Under the pieces are notes generated by a model. The model was not told the DNA's origin. It did not search any database and was given only the letters and a program-made list of their open reading frames with translations. DNA of 64,000 nucleotides from Vicugna vicugna (lineage: Eukaryota). Of the stretch, positions 50,831 through 64,000 are shown piece after piece (within the stretch, counting starts at the first letter, position 1; the number at the start of each line of letters is the position of its first letter). The DNA is taken from NCBI GenBank assembly GCA_013265495.1, contig MU061579.1, forward strand, positions 2,353,319 through 2,417,318. The letters are read 5' to 3'. The translations under genes were made by a program, and so were the position numbers.

Positions 50831-52879
50831 ATATAGCCTTCCCATATATTTACATCATTATTTTCAAAGATTGGTGTTAATAATAGGTACCAACTATTTG
50901 GGGGTGTGGCTGAAAAGAACAGCGTATAACTTAGTCCTTTCTACACAAGGCAAAAGATAAGGCCCTTGGTTTGGTTCAACATTTCATCTGTCTGGCAGCC
51001 CAGCCACGCCACTCTGCTTATGAGATTCACTCGCGCGGATACACGGCTCATCATTTGTACCAGGAAAGTTAATAGGAATTAGGAGGAAATGTTAGTGGCC
51101 TTTCTCCTTCTCCTTCTCCTCCTGCTCCAGCATATAATCAGCCATGTCCTTGTCATCTGCAGAGTACTTATTAAGGCTTTACCGAAAGAGGCTTTGAAAG
51201 GGAGCCTGCATGAAAGAAATTACATGACTGTCTGGACCTCACCCTTTCTTACAAACAGAGACAGATGCGGATAAAAGTGACCATGTCGGATTTGTTCTGT
51301 ACATCCTTTGTAACAATATGTTGCCATCAGCGACCCACTTTTTTGTTCTCGTTGACTTATTTTGATTTACTCAGCTCTGTTCTGTAATCATGAACACGAC
51401 CTTTGCATTTCCTTGAAAGTGCTCCTTTTACAGGCATCATACTAATTATAGTGATGATATAGTGCTGTTTATAGGTCAGCAATGTACTCAGGACGAAGCA
51501 GCCAGAGATTATGAGTGAACCAAAAGGGAAATGACAGCTCACAGAACCGGCTCTGCTACCTGGTCCTCTTGGACCTCTGGCCCGTAAGCCTTGTTGTCTC
51601 CAGATTCTAAGCTTCTACCTCTAAGGTATCTTTCCTCACAAATTAAAGGAAAAGGTGTGTCACCTAAAAGAAGACTGATTCTGTATGTCCGAGGGATGCA
51701 TGCTGTTTTAAAGGCTCACGGTAGTTTACCTCTGCACCAGGGTTGAGAACCAGAGGTCTGGATTATGACTTGGGAATATCAAAGCCAGTGGCCAACTCTG
51801 TCCCTTTTTAGGTAACACTAGCTTTGTCACAACAGAAGACAAAGGTCAGTGTCCGACCCTCTGGACGTGGGCCTGTTGTGTCTCATAGGAGGTGACATCT
51901 GTAATTACGTTCAGTGAGGAATGGGATGTATCAATAGCTTTTTAAATCCACAATGTCCCTCTTTCCTTCTTGCTTCCCTCCTCCTTTCAATTAAATTCTT
52001 TGAATCAGCTTCCCAATTTCACTTTCTCTATTAAAATTTTCTTCATTTTACCTCTGTATACCCCAGAAGTTACATTTGAAGGGGTGCCCAATACTCCCAG
52101 CAAACCCGGGCACCATTCGTGGAGGTGTGAAACCAGTGCGCCTGTCTCAACGTACGTTTTGATCTCATGGATCAAATGTTTGTTTCTCTATAATCTCCCG
52201 AAGGTTAAGCAGCATGCAAACGCTACTTGGCATGTATATATTATTCCGGTGAGTCAGTTATTTTGCTTGCTCCTGTGTAGTCTGAAGTCTGAAAGCCATG
52301 CTGTTTTTAAAGTTCTTAAAAGATAGTGGAATGAATTTTGTATTATCACACAGTATGTCTGAGGGACCAGCTCTGGCCTCTTCATCATCAAGTTTATGTT
52401 ACCGACTCTCTTGATGTGTATTAATTTACATCAACTAAACTTACACCCAGAATATAATATCTTCATCTTCTGTGGTAGCATCCTTTATCAAAAAGGATCA
52501 TTTTAGTTCCCACTTTGTCTTTTGTGGCCTATTAGTATTAAAAACATTTAGAAATGCATTTCATTCATGTGGAAATGTTCTAAAGGAAAATCTTAAGGAG
52601 AGAAACCTATTTCTTTCTGCTTTCCTAAAACATAAGTGAGACTTGAATTTAAAACAATTGTACTAAAATATACTGCTGGTGTTGATGTTTTCTCATCTAA
52701 ATCGCTTTTAAATCTTTTTACTTATAAAGTTCCCTACACTTTATTCAAACAAATACTGAGTAAGCTACATTTTATTCTTAGTTTCTCAGGTTTATTCATA
52801 TGCCAAGGAAAAAGCCAAAATTGCACTTTTTCAGCATTTCAACAGAGTTAAATAGTTATTAATTTTATGAAGATCTCAA

Positions 52880-53300
52880 ACATAAAGGGAGATCAGGTAC
52901 ACAACATTATTACACAGACTATCTACAATGTAATTCACCACATTAGAAGATTAAAGAAGGAAAAAAATAATGCTCATATCAACAGATGAAACAACTCTCA
53001 TTCATGTCAAACAAAAACTTAGCAAACTTGGAATAAAAGGGAATTTCCCCAACCCTCATGAAATGTTATATTTAGTGATGAAACATTGGAAGAATGCCTT
53101 TAATATCTGAAACTAGGCAAAAATGCTCATTATCAATGCTTCAGTACATCTTATTAGAGGTCTTTGGTGCAAAAGGCAAAAACAAGAAAAGAAGAAAATG
53201 TAATGACTGGAAATGCTATCTGTATCTGTACACACATTAATTGATGTTGTGATATATATGCAAAAATCTATTGAAAAATGTGCAAGACTTCTATAAAAGG
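52880..53300 (+). mobile_element. Old L1M ORF2 (RT region) fragment
   Basis: 'aatgtaattcaccacattag...atcaacagatg...cttagcaaacttggaataaaagggaatttcccc...gaaactaggcaaaaatgc'. Confidence 0.75.
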
Positions 53301-54129
53301 ATGTTAAATTGGAAGTTTAGAATGAATTGCAGGGACAACAGATATTAGATACCAAAGGGAACAGTAGACAAATAAATTATAATTTTTCAAAGGAAACACT
53401 CAAAATAATTTATCTCCTGTCTGTTAATATTCCTCATCATGACGTGTTTATGAAAAATAATTGAAAGGGAGTTGTGGGTAGGTAGAGACCATTTAAGAGC
53501 TTTTTGTGATTAGACCTGATAATATATGTTCTTCTCACTCCCTCTATAAAGTGGAATTGATAAGGAAAGCATGTGCTAAATGCCAAGATGCCCAAAAAGA
53601 AGGCCTTCAATGACCCTTCTTGGAGAATTTGATATGTGACCCTGATATATATATATATAAGGCTCGTGGTCCACTGGCTGAGTCCTAGACAGAAATCTAG
53701 AGAACAAGAGAAGAGGGGTGACAAGCTACTCTGATGAAAGAATTAAAATGAGGTGGCTGATTTAGGTTTATCCCAGAGTTTATCAGGTTAGGGGCATAAA
53801 TGTTTCCCAGGAATTATATGTAAGCCATGAAGAGGAGCAAGTTGGCTGGTAGCTGGTTTTACTTCTGCCTAAAAAGGGTCAAATATGGAATTTAGCAGTA
53901 AACATCTGCACCACCCTGGAAAACTAGGAGACCAAGGCCAGATATAGAGGCTGGAAGAAAATGGTGTGTCACTCGTTTCTTAGTAGTTGCAGAAGGACAG
54001 GACCCAGCAAGCGTGCTTATGTGGAACTTACACAAGATCCTACAATGGATTCAGCTTTGAACATCTGCCAAGCCCAAACCAATTCTCTTAATGATCTTTT
54101 TTTTTTAATTTAAAGCATTTAATCTTAAG

Positions 54130-55370
54130 TGTACTTTTCAGATAATTTAACAAGCCAATCTCCAAATTCATTTAGGATTAAAAAGTCCAAACGTTGGCAA
54201 GATAAATTTTAAGAACAAAATTGATGATAGGAAGAACTTTCTCTACCCAACATTAGAACTTATTTTAAAACCAGAGTAGTTAAGCGTATGGTATTAGCAC
54301 AATGTTAAATAAAATAAGCAAATGGAACAGAATTAGAAACAATAAGATAGATCCATATATGTGTGTGCAATTAATTTACAAAAGCTATTAATAGAGAAGG
54401 CGAGGGGAAATAATTGACTGTAATCAGTAAATGATCCTGGGGTAACTGGGGATTCGGGATCGATAGAAAGAACTCTACCTCATAGAATGCGCAAAATCAA
54501 TTCTGGGTAGATTAAAGACCTGAAATTTAAGGATAGAATTGTAAAACTTATAGATCACATAGAAAAACATTATGACTTCTGAATGAGGACAATTTCTTTT
54601 TAACAAGTACAAACTACAAAATAGTATTTAATAAACTTAACTTTATTAACATTTGAAACTTCGGTACAACAGAAGACACCATGAACTAAAGTGAAAAAGG
54701 AATGCCACAGAGTGTGACAAGATATTTGCAATACTGGGATATAAAAACCAATTTTTGAAAGTAGACAAAATAGCAGTTGATGTGAGAAGATATCCAAATG
54801 GCCAACAAACATGAAAAGATGCTCAGTCTTACTAGTAATCAAGTAAAGGTTGATTGAAACTACCTCTGAATGCTATTTTACAACCGACGGATTCCGAAGA
54901 AGGAAAGCATCTGGCAATGCCAAGAGCATGGTGAGGATGTGGAGAGATAGAACTTCTCACATCCTATCTGTTTGACCAACAACTGTTTGGACAATAATTT
55001 GATAGAGACTTTGGGGAGAAATTTGACAATAGCTAGTGAAGTTCAAGAATTCCAGACCCCTACAAGACATTCATTCTTCTCCTAGACAGACCCTGGAAAA
55101 ACTCTTGTACATGAACACGTTGAGACACACCCAGGAGTGTAAACTGTGGCTCTGGGAGGAGCCCAGATGTCAGTTATTGGACTTCTAGACCAATGCATCT
55201 GGGTGTGTTCATGCCATGTGATAGTCTACTGAAGTTGAAGGGCACGACTCCAGATACACAGGAGAGGATGGTACACAATGGAAGAAAAAGGAATAATTTC
55301 AAAGGGAAGACGAAGTGATGAGAAAAAGTATGTAGTACAAAGAAAATATCAGTAGTAAGAGTAAACTCAG
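54130..55370 (+). mobile_element. Old L1M (L1ME-like) ORF2 3' half and 3'UTR
   Basis: 'ccaatctccaaattcat', 'atggtattagcac', 'aaatggaacagaatt', 'tatccaaatggccaacaaacatgaaaagatgctcag', 'ggtgaggatgtggaga'. Confidence 0.85.
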
Positions 55371-58300
55371 TAACAAGGGCCATGTCCTTTCTTCTGCATC
55401 ACATAATTTTAACCCCCCGTCCTGTTACCACCGAAGCCCTTTCTTTAAATAGCATAAAAGTATGGTCCTAGAACATATGTTTTAATTTAGCTAGTAGATC
55501 TTTCAGAGTGCCCTCCATTTACCCAATAATTAGAAACATTTAAATATAATGGGATAAAGGCTCCCCTTGTACTTTAAAAATGCAAATAAAATGTTTGAAT
55601 TGTAGAATGTCATCTGACTGATTTTTTTCTACAAATCTGTAGTTATTATTAAGCCTTGTTTTGAAAGGTGTGTTCAACCAGGATACCCATTGTTTGCCTC
55701 AGACCTGATTAATCAATTAAAAAAAAAAGTATGTGCAAGGAATATAAGAAAATTGTCAAAAATATCTTGATTACTTAAGAAAAATAACAACATCGATTTA
55801 ATTTTTCAGCTGTGATTTTTAAAAAATCAGTGTGAAAAAGTACTAGCGAGTTAACAAAGTACTATTAAAACCCATAATATTGAATCATTGTACTTATTAG
55901 AAACCACCGGAACTCACTATTGTAAATGACTAGTTAATGATAATTAGAATAAGATTGTTCTTTAGAGAAAAAGTAGAATTCTTCTTATTTGCATTTAGCC
56001 CTATTTTCAAAAGTCATCTATCTTTGAAGAGACAGAGCCACAGAAAGCTATAAAATGAAAGTAAACTTGCCCCAGGCCTTAGCAATAGTACCAAGCAGAA
56101 CTAAAATACATACATAACACGCAATATGTTGGAATAAGGAAGAAAAAAACCTCAAAAAGATTTCTGGCGTTAACATATCTATTTACACTACAGATTTCCA
56201 GAGAAAAGAGCTGCTTTCAAATTCCGTTTGGGTGTGTTTTCTTAATAGTAAGCAGCCTTTCTTATACTTAGGGTTCTGAATAAAATGAACTATAATCAAG
56301 GAAATATCAAACCAGCTAACCTATTAAGCATTTATTTCTAAAGTTGACCACATTTTATATTTCTTAGATTCTCCATGCAATTTAATTATAATCATATATG
56401 TATACAGATTTTGATCATTTTTATATGCAGTTTTATAAGTGGAAATTGGATAGATTTGGTAGCATTATATAACGTTTTCTTAATATGGCCCTTAAGTTTC
56501 TTTTGCTTAGAACTTCACCAAAAGTCCCCATGAGGTACCTCTACAATGACTCATATTTCTGTCTCTTTCAATATTGCAGCATTATTATTTTAGGTTTCCA
56601 TATGATTTTTGGCCAAGATAGCTGAGATTACATGAGCTTATCTCAAGAATGTTACCAAGGTTCATTTTTCCCATTCCCCAACTTCTTACTTAAAAAAGTC
56701 AGAATGATCAGATAGCCTTGTGAGAAACCTCTTAAATATAAAACAATCTTGTTTAAGGACTTTTTTTTTTTTAACTTCCTTCTTATTTCTAATTGAGAAT
56801 GAACTTAACAGAAACTGGAGAAAATAGACACGGAATAGTACACGAAATTAACTGAACTACTTTTGAAAGGCTTGGACTCCAGATAGAAGTCTTAAATGAA
56901 TCCACATTACTTCTGGGCTAACCTTTGTCCAATCTTACAGCAATTTTTTTGTGCTAAGAAACATAGTCAAAATTATTACTTATGACAACCAAAAGACAAG
57001 TATATGTGGAGAATCATATTCTAAATATGCATATGAAATACTGTAAATTATATTTATTTTCCCCCAACTATGAAATATGGGTTTTATTCTGAATCGCATA
57101 GAATAAAATATGGTAGAATAAGAATTTGTCCATTCATATTTAACACAATTCAGATGTTTCATAAATTTTTAGATCCAACTAAATTGAACTGAAAGTTTGG
57201 GTGTCTGGACAGTTGGTAGATAGTGACAAGAAAGGACTTTTTTTTAAAAAGCAAGAAGGTTGAAATGAATCTTGACTTTATTAAAATTTTGGTTTTGTTT
57301 TCAAAATCATTTTTTCCTTAAAACTGACCGATAGAGTTATCTTTCTGCCATCCTTTAAAAAAGTGAAAAACCTAACTTCACTTTTATGTATGCCCGAGCT
57401 AAATTTCAAAGGATTACGTTCTTAATCTTGACATTCAAAGGAGACATCGTGTGATGTTGTAAATGTTCCAGCAGGATTAAAGAGAGAAACTGCAGTGTCT
57501 CTAAGAGCACTCCAACCTGTCTTCAAAATGCTCATTTTTCGGTGGTGGGACAGGGTGGGACAGACTCTCTAAGCCCTTGACTTCATCAAAGAAGTCAGCT
57601 GTGTCAAAGTGTGACTACCTTTAATTTACTAAGTAACATCCAGGGCATTAATGCAGTGTTTTTTGCTTGTAACACTTTCTTCCTCAGCCTCAGATAGTGA
57701 TGCTAAAATAATAAATAGGAAATGCCTACTATCATAAATATTTTTGTCTTTAAAAGTTATAAATAGAAATTAAATAACAGTAAATGTGAAAAAACATAAT
57801 CATTTACTACATATAGTGTGCTCTGCCTAATACTTGTGCAATTGACTCTGTTCATAGTACTTATTATATTCAAAGAATAAATATTATCTGATGTAAAGAT
57901 TTGATATACAGTTTTGATTCAGATTATTAAGAAATGCCACTATTCTTCTCATAATGACATGAGTATATTAAGACTGAAGTTCAGCTGCCTATACTATGGG
58001 AACATAAAATAATAACTGGAAAGAAAGGCTACATTTGATTTCCAATAATGAATATATAGAGAGATTGCAAGGAAATACTTAAAAGTTGAAAACTATATGA
58101 TAGGTCCATTTACAGGGACAGGAACTTAATTCTGATGTGAAAGTAGTTAAATGCATCGCTATTGAGAAGTTAGCATTGTTGTTGAATTCACTCATTGCGT
58201 TTCGTCTTAAGAGTAGGGCATTCTTGTCAACTTTCCTAATTCAACAACTGATGGCTAGACATGTTAAACAAGTGTCTTGACTTGGCAACTTTTAAAATTG

Positions 58301-60414
58301 ATCATGAGGTCAAAAACATTTTGTGCCATCCTCCTTATCTGATTCTTTTGTTCATCCTTTCCTCTTCACTAAGAAATCGCAGGGTTTTTTCCTACAAATG
58401 ACCATGTCAAATCTGTCGATGGCAGATTCAGTGCCTAACAGGAAGATGCTCTTTAAAGAATGCCAGAAAGTAAAAAAAAAAAAAAAGAAAGAAAAAGTTG
58501 AAAAAGACAAAAGAGTGGATTTTGCCAGCTAGGAAAGCACAGGAAACTGAAGGCGTTGAATCAGTTAATCCAGTTGCTTTGTCTGGAAAAACATAATCTT
58601 TCTCTTGTAGCCTTATAGAGGCTTGTTAGATGAGGCAGAAAAATGAATGAGATTTGAATTCCTGCTTTCTGTGAAGTCTATGCTGTCTCTATCATCTCCT
58701 TCCAAGCATCTTTTTGAGGTCCAGACCCATGTGAAAAAAAAAAAAGCAGTTTTTTGGTTTTAAGTAAATAAATTAAATTGCAGCAAAAAGCCTAATCCTT
58801 GATTTATAGCTTTTCTAAAGACTTTTCAGATGATAGTCTCCCACAAGTATTTTTAAGAAGTCTGTTTTTGCTTGCAGTGTGAATGTGTGTGTGCCCTGGA
58901 ACATATGTGCACTGTGACCCCATCTCTTTGTTATACAGATATACTACCTATGTACACAGGGATTTGTAGGCTAAAAGAGACACTTACTGCTATATACCTT
59001 ATCATGCATAATAAGCATCTTGTTTGGGTTTACAAAATTTGGAGGCAGGTATATGTATATGTGATGTGCACAGAGAAAAATAGTTTAGAGAAAATTCCAG
59101 TTTCAGAGAAGAATTAATCCTTGTAGGGATAGTCACATGTATGTTTCTGTCTCTATAAATATAGAGATATTTTTTACTTATCTATGCATATAAACATAGC
59201 CTTGGGCATCTCTTTAAGACACAACCATATAATAACACGCCTGGTATCTTTGCAACTCATGCTAGCTAGAGATCAGAATTCCAGAAGGGTCAGAGCCAAA
59301 GCACAAGGAATAATACATATTTAATCAAAATTCACTCGTAGGCTAAGAGGTGATTGGCAGAGAACAAGCAATATTAAGCACTCAGCTCTTCTCAGAGAAA
59401 CCACAGTGAATACATAGCCAAGAATACCATCTGTTGAATATGAAATTCTTGGATCAAGACATTATAGATACATTTCCCCAAACAGCAGGGACAGAGGTCT
59501 TTCTGGAAACAAAATTGCAACAGGGTTGCAGAAACGCCAAGTAAGAGAGAGGCAAATAACTGTTCACTATATTGTGGGGAGCAGCCTTCCTTACTGCTAG
59601 TGCAGGGTGTGATTAATTACATGGCATGGTTTGTGATGCTGGTAGTAAATAAATAGAGTCTTTCTGTTCGAATAATTTCTAAATCAGTATGTCAACTACC
59701 GGCTGTGGGTAAATCAAAGTCATCTCATCATGTGAGGTGTCTGTACCTTTATTCACTCTCAGAATTCATCGTGCTCCCTGTCACTTATTGTGTTTTATAA
59801 AGATAATAGAAGGGTGTCTGTGTGATATCCAATGGAAGATTTATACAGGAGGATTAATGAATAGTGTCCCTAAGGTGAAACTCAGGCACAATTCTACACT
59901 TTATATTTGGCTCTGGTTTTCTTAGAAAAGACACATTTTTCTGTATATTAAAAAATTACCTTTACTAAAACATGCCTAAATATGAACCTGCATCTTTTTT
60001 AGGTAAGCAGCCTAGTGTCTAGAAATAGACAGTGGTTGATGTAGCAATGACCTATGCTAATGGGAACAGGTACAGAATGGCAGGTAGGAAGAGTGAAAAA
60101 CACAGCAGAAGAAATATAATACAAGTACAGATTTTAATGAAAGGACTCTGGCTCCCTTAACTGAATCCACTGAAAAAAGTTGGAAACCAGTGTGAAGGGG
60201 ACTAAAATGTTGATTGATTTAAAATTTCATCTTGTGACGGTTTTTCATTCAAATTAATTATATGCAAATGCTCTACTTTATATTTACCTTGGAAATTTCT
60301 ATTTTCCTTCAGTTTCCTGGAGCCTCATACATCGCTATTATGACACAACTAATTAGTATTTTAACGTATAATAGATGGTCAATAATTAGTTAATGGAGGG
60401 ACATAAGAGAGCTC

Positions 60415-60613
60415 TTTTAAATACTTTATACGTATTAACTCATTTAATTCTTGTAACAATTCTAAGGAGTAGATGCCATTACAATCCCCAATTGTTTCCT
60501 TAAGGAAACCTGAGGCAGAAATTTTAAGTAAAAGGCCAAAGGTCACTCAGTTAGTAAACTGAGTTGAACCTAGCCCTCTTTCTCCACATCCTGTGCTCCT
60601 AACCACTGTGCTA
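60415..60613 (-). mobile_element. MIR SINE
   Basis: 'tattaactcatttaattcttgtaacaattct...ggaaacctgaggcagaa...aaggtcactcagttagtaa...tgctcctaaccactgtgcta'. Confidence 0.85.
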
Positions 60614-63600
60614 CCTTGTACATGAAAAGAACCTTTTGATACGTGTTTTTAGACTCATAGTACACCAGTATGTATTCATGACGCTGTTTGTCTCTCAAAC
60701 CGGGTAGAGCATCACCTAGGGACAGTGCCCTCTTATTACCTATATAGAGGAATCCAGTAGAAAAGACCATTGTCTTCTGGTCATTTTGAGAGGTGCATAT
60801 GACTTGAAGAATTCTTGTTAATACTTCTATCAGGAGATTGCAAGCGACACGAAGAACCATATCATTATTTAGGTGAATTCAGATTCATAAAAGAAATACT
60901 TCAAGAAAGTTTAGTGACTTTCTCTTGATTTTCCCTGAGCCTTTCTTTATATCTTGTACATGCCATACATTTTGTTTTGTATTATATTTGTATATGCCTT
61001 CTCTCTCTTTCTAGGCTTCTTGAAAGCAAGAGTCATTATTTAATGGTGTTTATAATTTCAACTGTTGCTTATGAAAGAAAAATACGTGAGTCAAGGATAT
61101 CTGTCATAATTCTCCAAATTAGCAAGGAAAAGAGCATCCTATATTGTAATTCAATTCAAAACATTACTGCTGAATCCTTTAAAATGCATAAATGATAAAG
61201 AATTTTTTAAAAATGCATCTGCTTCCTTAGAATCTCTGTACCCATGTCTGCCATCTTTTCAGTGTGATTAACTCACAATGAGAGTCACATTTTCAAAATA
61301 AGTAATCATAGTTCTTTCCACCTACCTACTAAAGTGTAGTAAAAGCTTCAAGTATCTTCAGTGCTTTCAATGATAATATGAAGGTATGGTTTTATGCTCC
61401 AATAATTATTTTAGTTCCATGATACAATATACCACATATTAACACCCAAAATATCTTACACTTCAGGTATTCCATTTTTACTTCCTATTATGGTGCACTT
61501 GCACTACATTTTTGGACTATTTCAGACACGTTATCTTGTAATTCTGACTCAGTCAGAAAACAGCTAAGAGCACTACTTGTTTGCTTGAGATAAACGAGTT
61601 CCCGGTCATTCATCACCTCTCATGCTAAAAATGACCACACTGCAGTGACATTGTGTTGTTGGCAAAAGTTGGCAAAACTATGCCAGTAAGTATAATTGGA
61701 TAATGTCTTCCAAATATTATTTCTATAGTTTAAACTGTAAAATGTTATAGTTTCTAAAGCACATAATATAATGTGTTTTAGGAACAGGAAGAATTTGTAA
61801 TAAATACAGAAAAAGAAAAATACATGTCTTTTAAAGGCCACCCTGCTATTTTAACAATTTAAGGATATTTTGGCTACTTTACCAAAATACAAAATGCCAA
61901 GAAAAATTTTTCTCCTTTTTTCCCTTTTCTTGGCATTACATACGTGTGAAGTTGAGTAAGATTGTAAATTAATCTCAGCACTGATAGGTGCTGTACTAAA
62001 CGCTGTGTATAAAATAGCAAGAAATGGCTTGAACCATAATTATATTTTTACATTTTTCAACTCCCAGTATTGAAATATTAAAGTTAAATTTAGAATAGTG
62101 ACATATTTAGATTTATTTTCTGACTTGGGGATCTCTTTAAAGCAATTCACAAAAACTTCTTATAAATTTTTTCATTTTTCCCCCATAATTCTACCTAATG
62201 ATGTTCTCTGAATAGTAATTTTAGCTAATGGAGAAGTAACATGATATTCGGCGAACTGTCAGCTATCAGTCTTACAATAAGGAAAAATACCAAAAAAAGC
62301 CTATCCCCGTTAATAAGCCCAGCGTTTTAGCGCTCAGACATTTCTGCTGAGCAAAGTGAGCTAATTTTCTTTTGCAAGCCCCAGATAACTTAGTAAGATT
62401 TTAGAGCTCCTTGTCAAATGTAATTTGACCTAATAATTACCCTTAAAGATGTGATTAAGAAACACCTGACTCAGAAGTTGCGTACATATGCAAACCACGA
62501 GCCATCACCCCTTCCTCTCCTTTGATTTTGGTGGCTAACAGCCAAGTCAGCAGGCTGGGAAGTGGCCTTCAGGAGTAACCTGCCAGTTTATAGTTTATTC
62601 AGGTCATTGCACTTATGCCAAATGTGCGTAACGAGGAGAGTCCTTGGTGTGTGCAGGCATTAGATGTATGCATTGTTCTGAAAGACTTTATGGGGAAAAA
62701 AGGAATTCCTGTCATCTGTCTTTAATATAAATGCTAACAAATACTAAAACTGAAAGTCAAGCAATAAGAATATTTGCAGTTACACTAAAGTAAACGTGTA
62801 CTCCAAGGATGCCAAAAAAAGATATTTTCCCTCTAGACCTGGACACCTGCTTTTGTATAGAAGATTGTTCTTTAATCTTTAAGGTTTACAAATTGATGAG
62901 AAAGATACTATTTTCATATTCCTTCTTTACGATTTTCTGTTCTGAATTCACCGATTAATTCTTAAATAAGATTTAATCCCATGTCTCCTTTCAGAATATC
63001 TCTCGAAAGTGTTACCTAGATATATGTTTTTGTTTCTGCTTTCCCAAAGCTTATGATGTATCAAAATGTTTAAGAACACAAAACTTGTTCAGTTAAAAAA
63101 TCTTTATGCAATACACCTCACAAGTAACATGATTAGAGTTTATCTCTTAATATAATGAATATTTTCAGTGAGATTCTGATCAGTAATTTTCAACTTTCAT
63201 TTCTAGCTTAGTTCATTTTTTTTAAACTGCTATTTTCTGGAAAAAAATTCTAGACAGGCTATTATTATAGCCAGTCACCAAACCTAAAGGCAACTTCCTG
63301 AGGTTGCTGGTGTTTTTCTTATTGCTTACCCAAAAAGGATTTTAAAAAATCTTCATATATATATATGCTTATGAATTTCACTTCTTTGTGGATTTCTATA
63401 AAAAAATTAAAAATAATTCAGGAAAATATTTTTAAATTTGGAAAGAAATTTGAATTTCTTTTTATAAGATTAAGAATATGAAAATAGATGATTGTAAAAA
63501 AAAAGTTAATTATTTCTATTATCCTATTCAACATGTGGGTTTTTCAAAATGTATTAATCAGTAATTCATTCATGTTCTGTATTTTGAACATTTGAGCATT

Positions 63601-64000
63601 TTGATACAACTTTATATCCTCGTTTAACTCCCAAGTATTCTCACCATTATTGCCAGGAAGGTTTACTCAACCAAAATATAATGTATAGTTTTCCATAATT
63701 TATAATTTTCATTCCACTTACAGATTTATGAATAAAGTTTCCGCTCAACTCAAGAGGAATTTCACAACTTAGAAGCGCAGAGAGTGAGATTCTGGATGTA
63801 TATAATTAAAGAGTGGAGCTAAAATGCTTGCATGATTAAAGGAAATGAAAAATTAGAAGTATTTATAATGGCTGAATTGTGAAATTATAATCAGGCTCAG
63901 TGTGAAGTACTATGATTTCCATTCCGGTGGTCGTTTCAGTAATCTCTTGCCTGATGGAGTTACTATTCTTTCCCTGTGCACGTGTTCACATTTTCTGCAT

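Noticed and set aside
58400..58532. Lys-rich peptide resembling an NLS-bearing micropeptide
   Set aside because: The lysine run is just the translation of a poly-A tract at ~58473-58486.
552..61841. All ORFs in the supplied six-frame track (60-146 aa) as genes
   Set aside because: They are short, often start at non-ATG codons, have composition typical of translated AT-rich non-coding DNA, and show no recognisable domains or consistent exon structure.

Overview
AT-rich, CpG-depleted mammalian (eutherian) non-coding DNA, most likely camelid: it carries two tRNA-Ala-derived Vic-1-like SINEs and young truncated L1 3' ends. I find no supportable protein-coding gene, rRNA/tRNA gene or CRISPR array. 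The supplied ORFs are chance ORFs or repeat-derived. The window is a patchwork of L1, L2, MIR, MLT1 LTR and MER5/MER20 relics separated by repeat-free blocks that look regulatory. L1, LTR and SINE copies are mostly on the minus strand, which suggests the interior of a very long intron of a + strand gene; I cannot identify the gene. Points worth checking: a near-perfect ~440-450 bp head-to-tail duplication (31878-32769), candidate recursive-splice (AG|GTAAG) sites, the best at 60002 with an RS-exon-like layout, and a CpG-retaining block around a 71-nt poison-exon candidate (5145-5215). I see no convincing evidence of a novel multi-gene system. Repeat families were assigned from memory of consensus motifs, and boundaries of old repeats are approximate.
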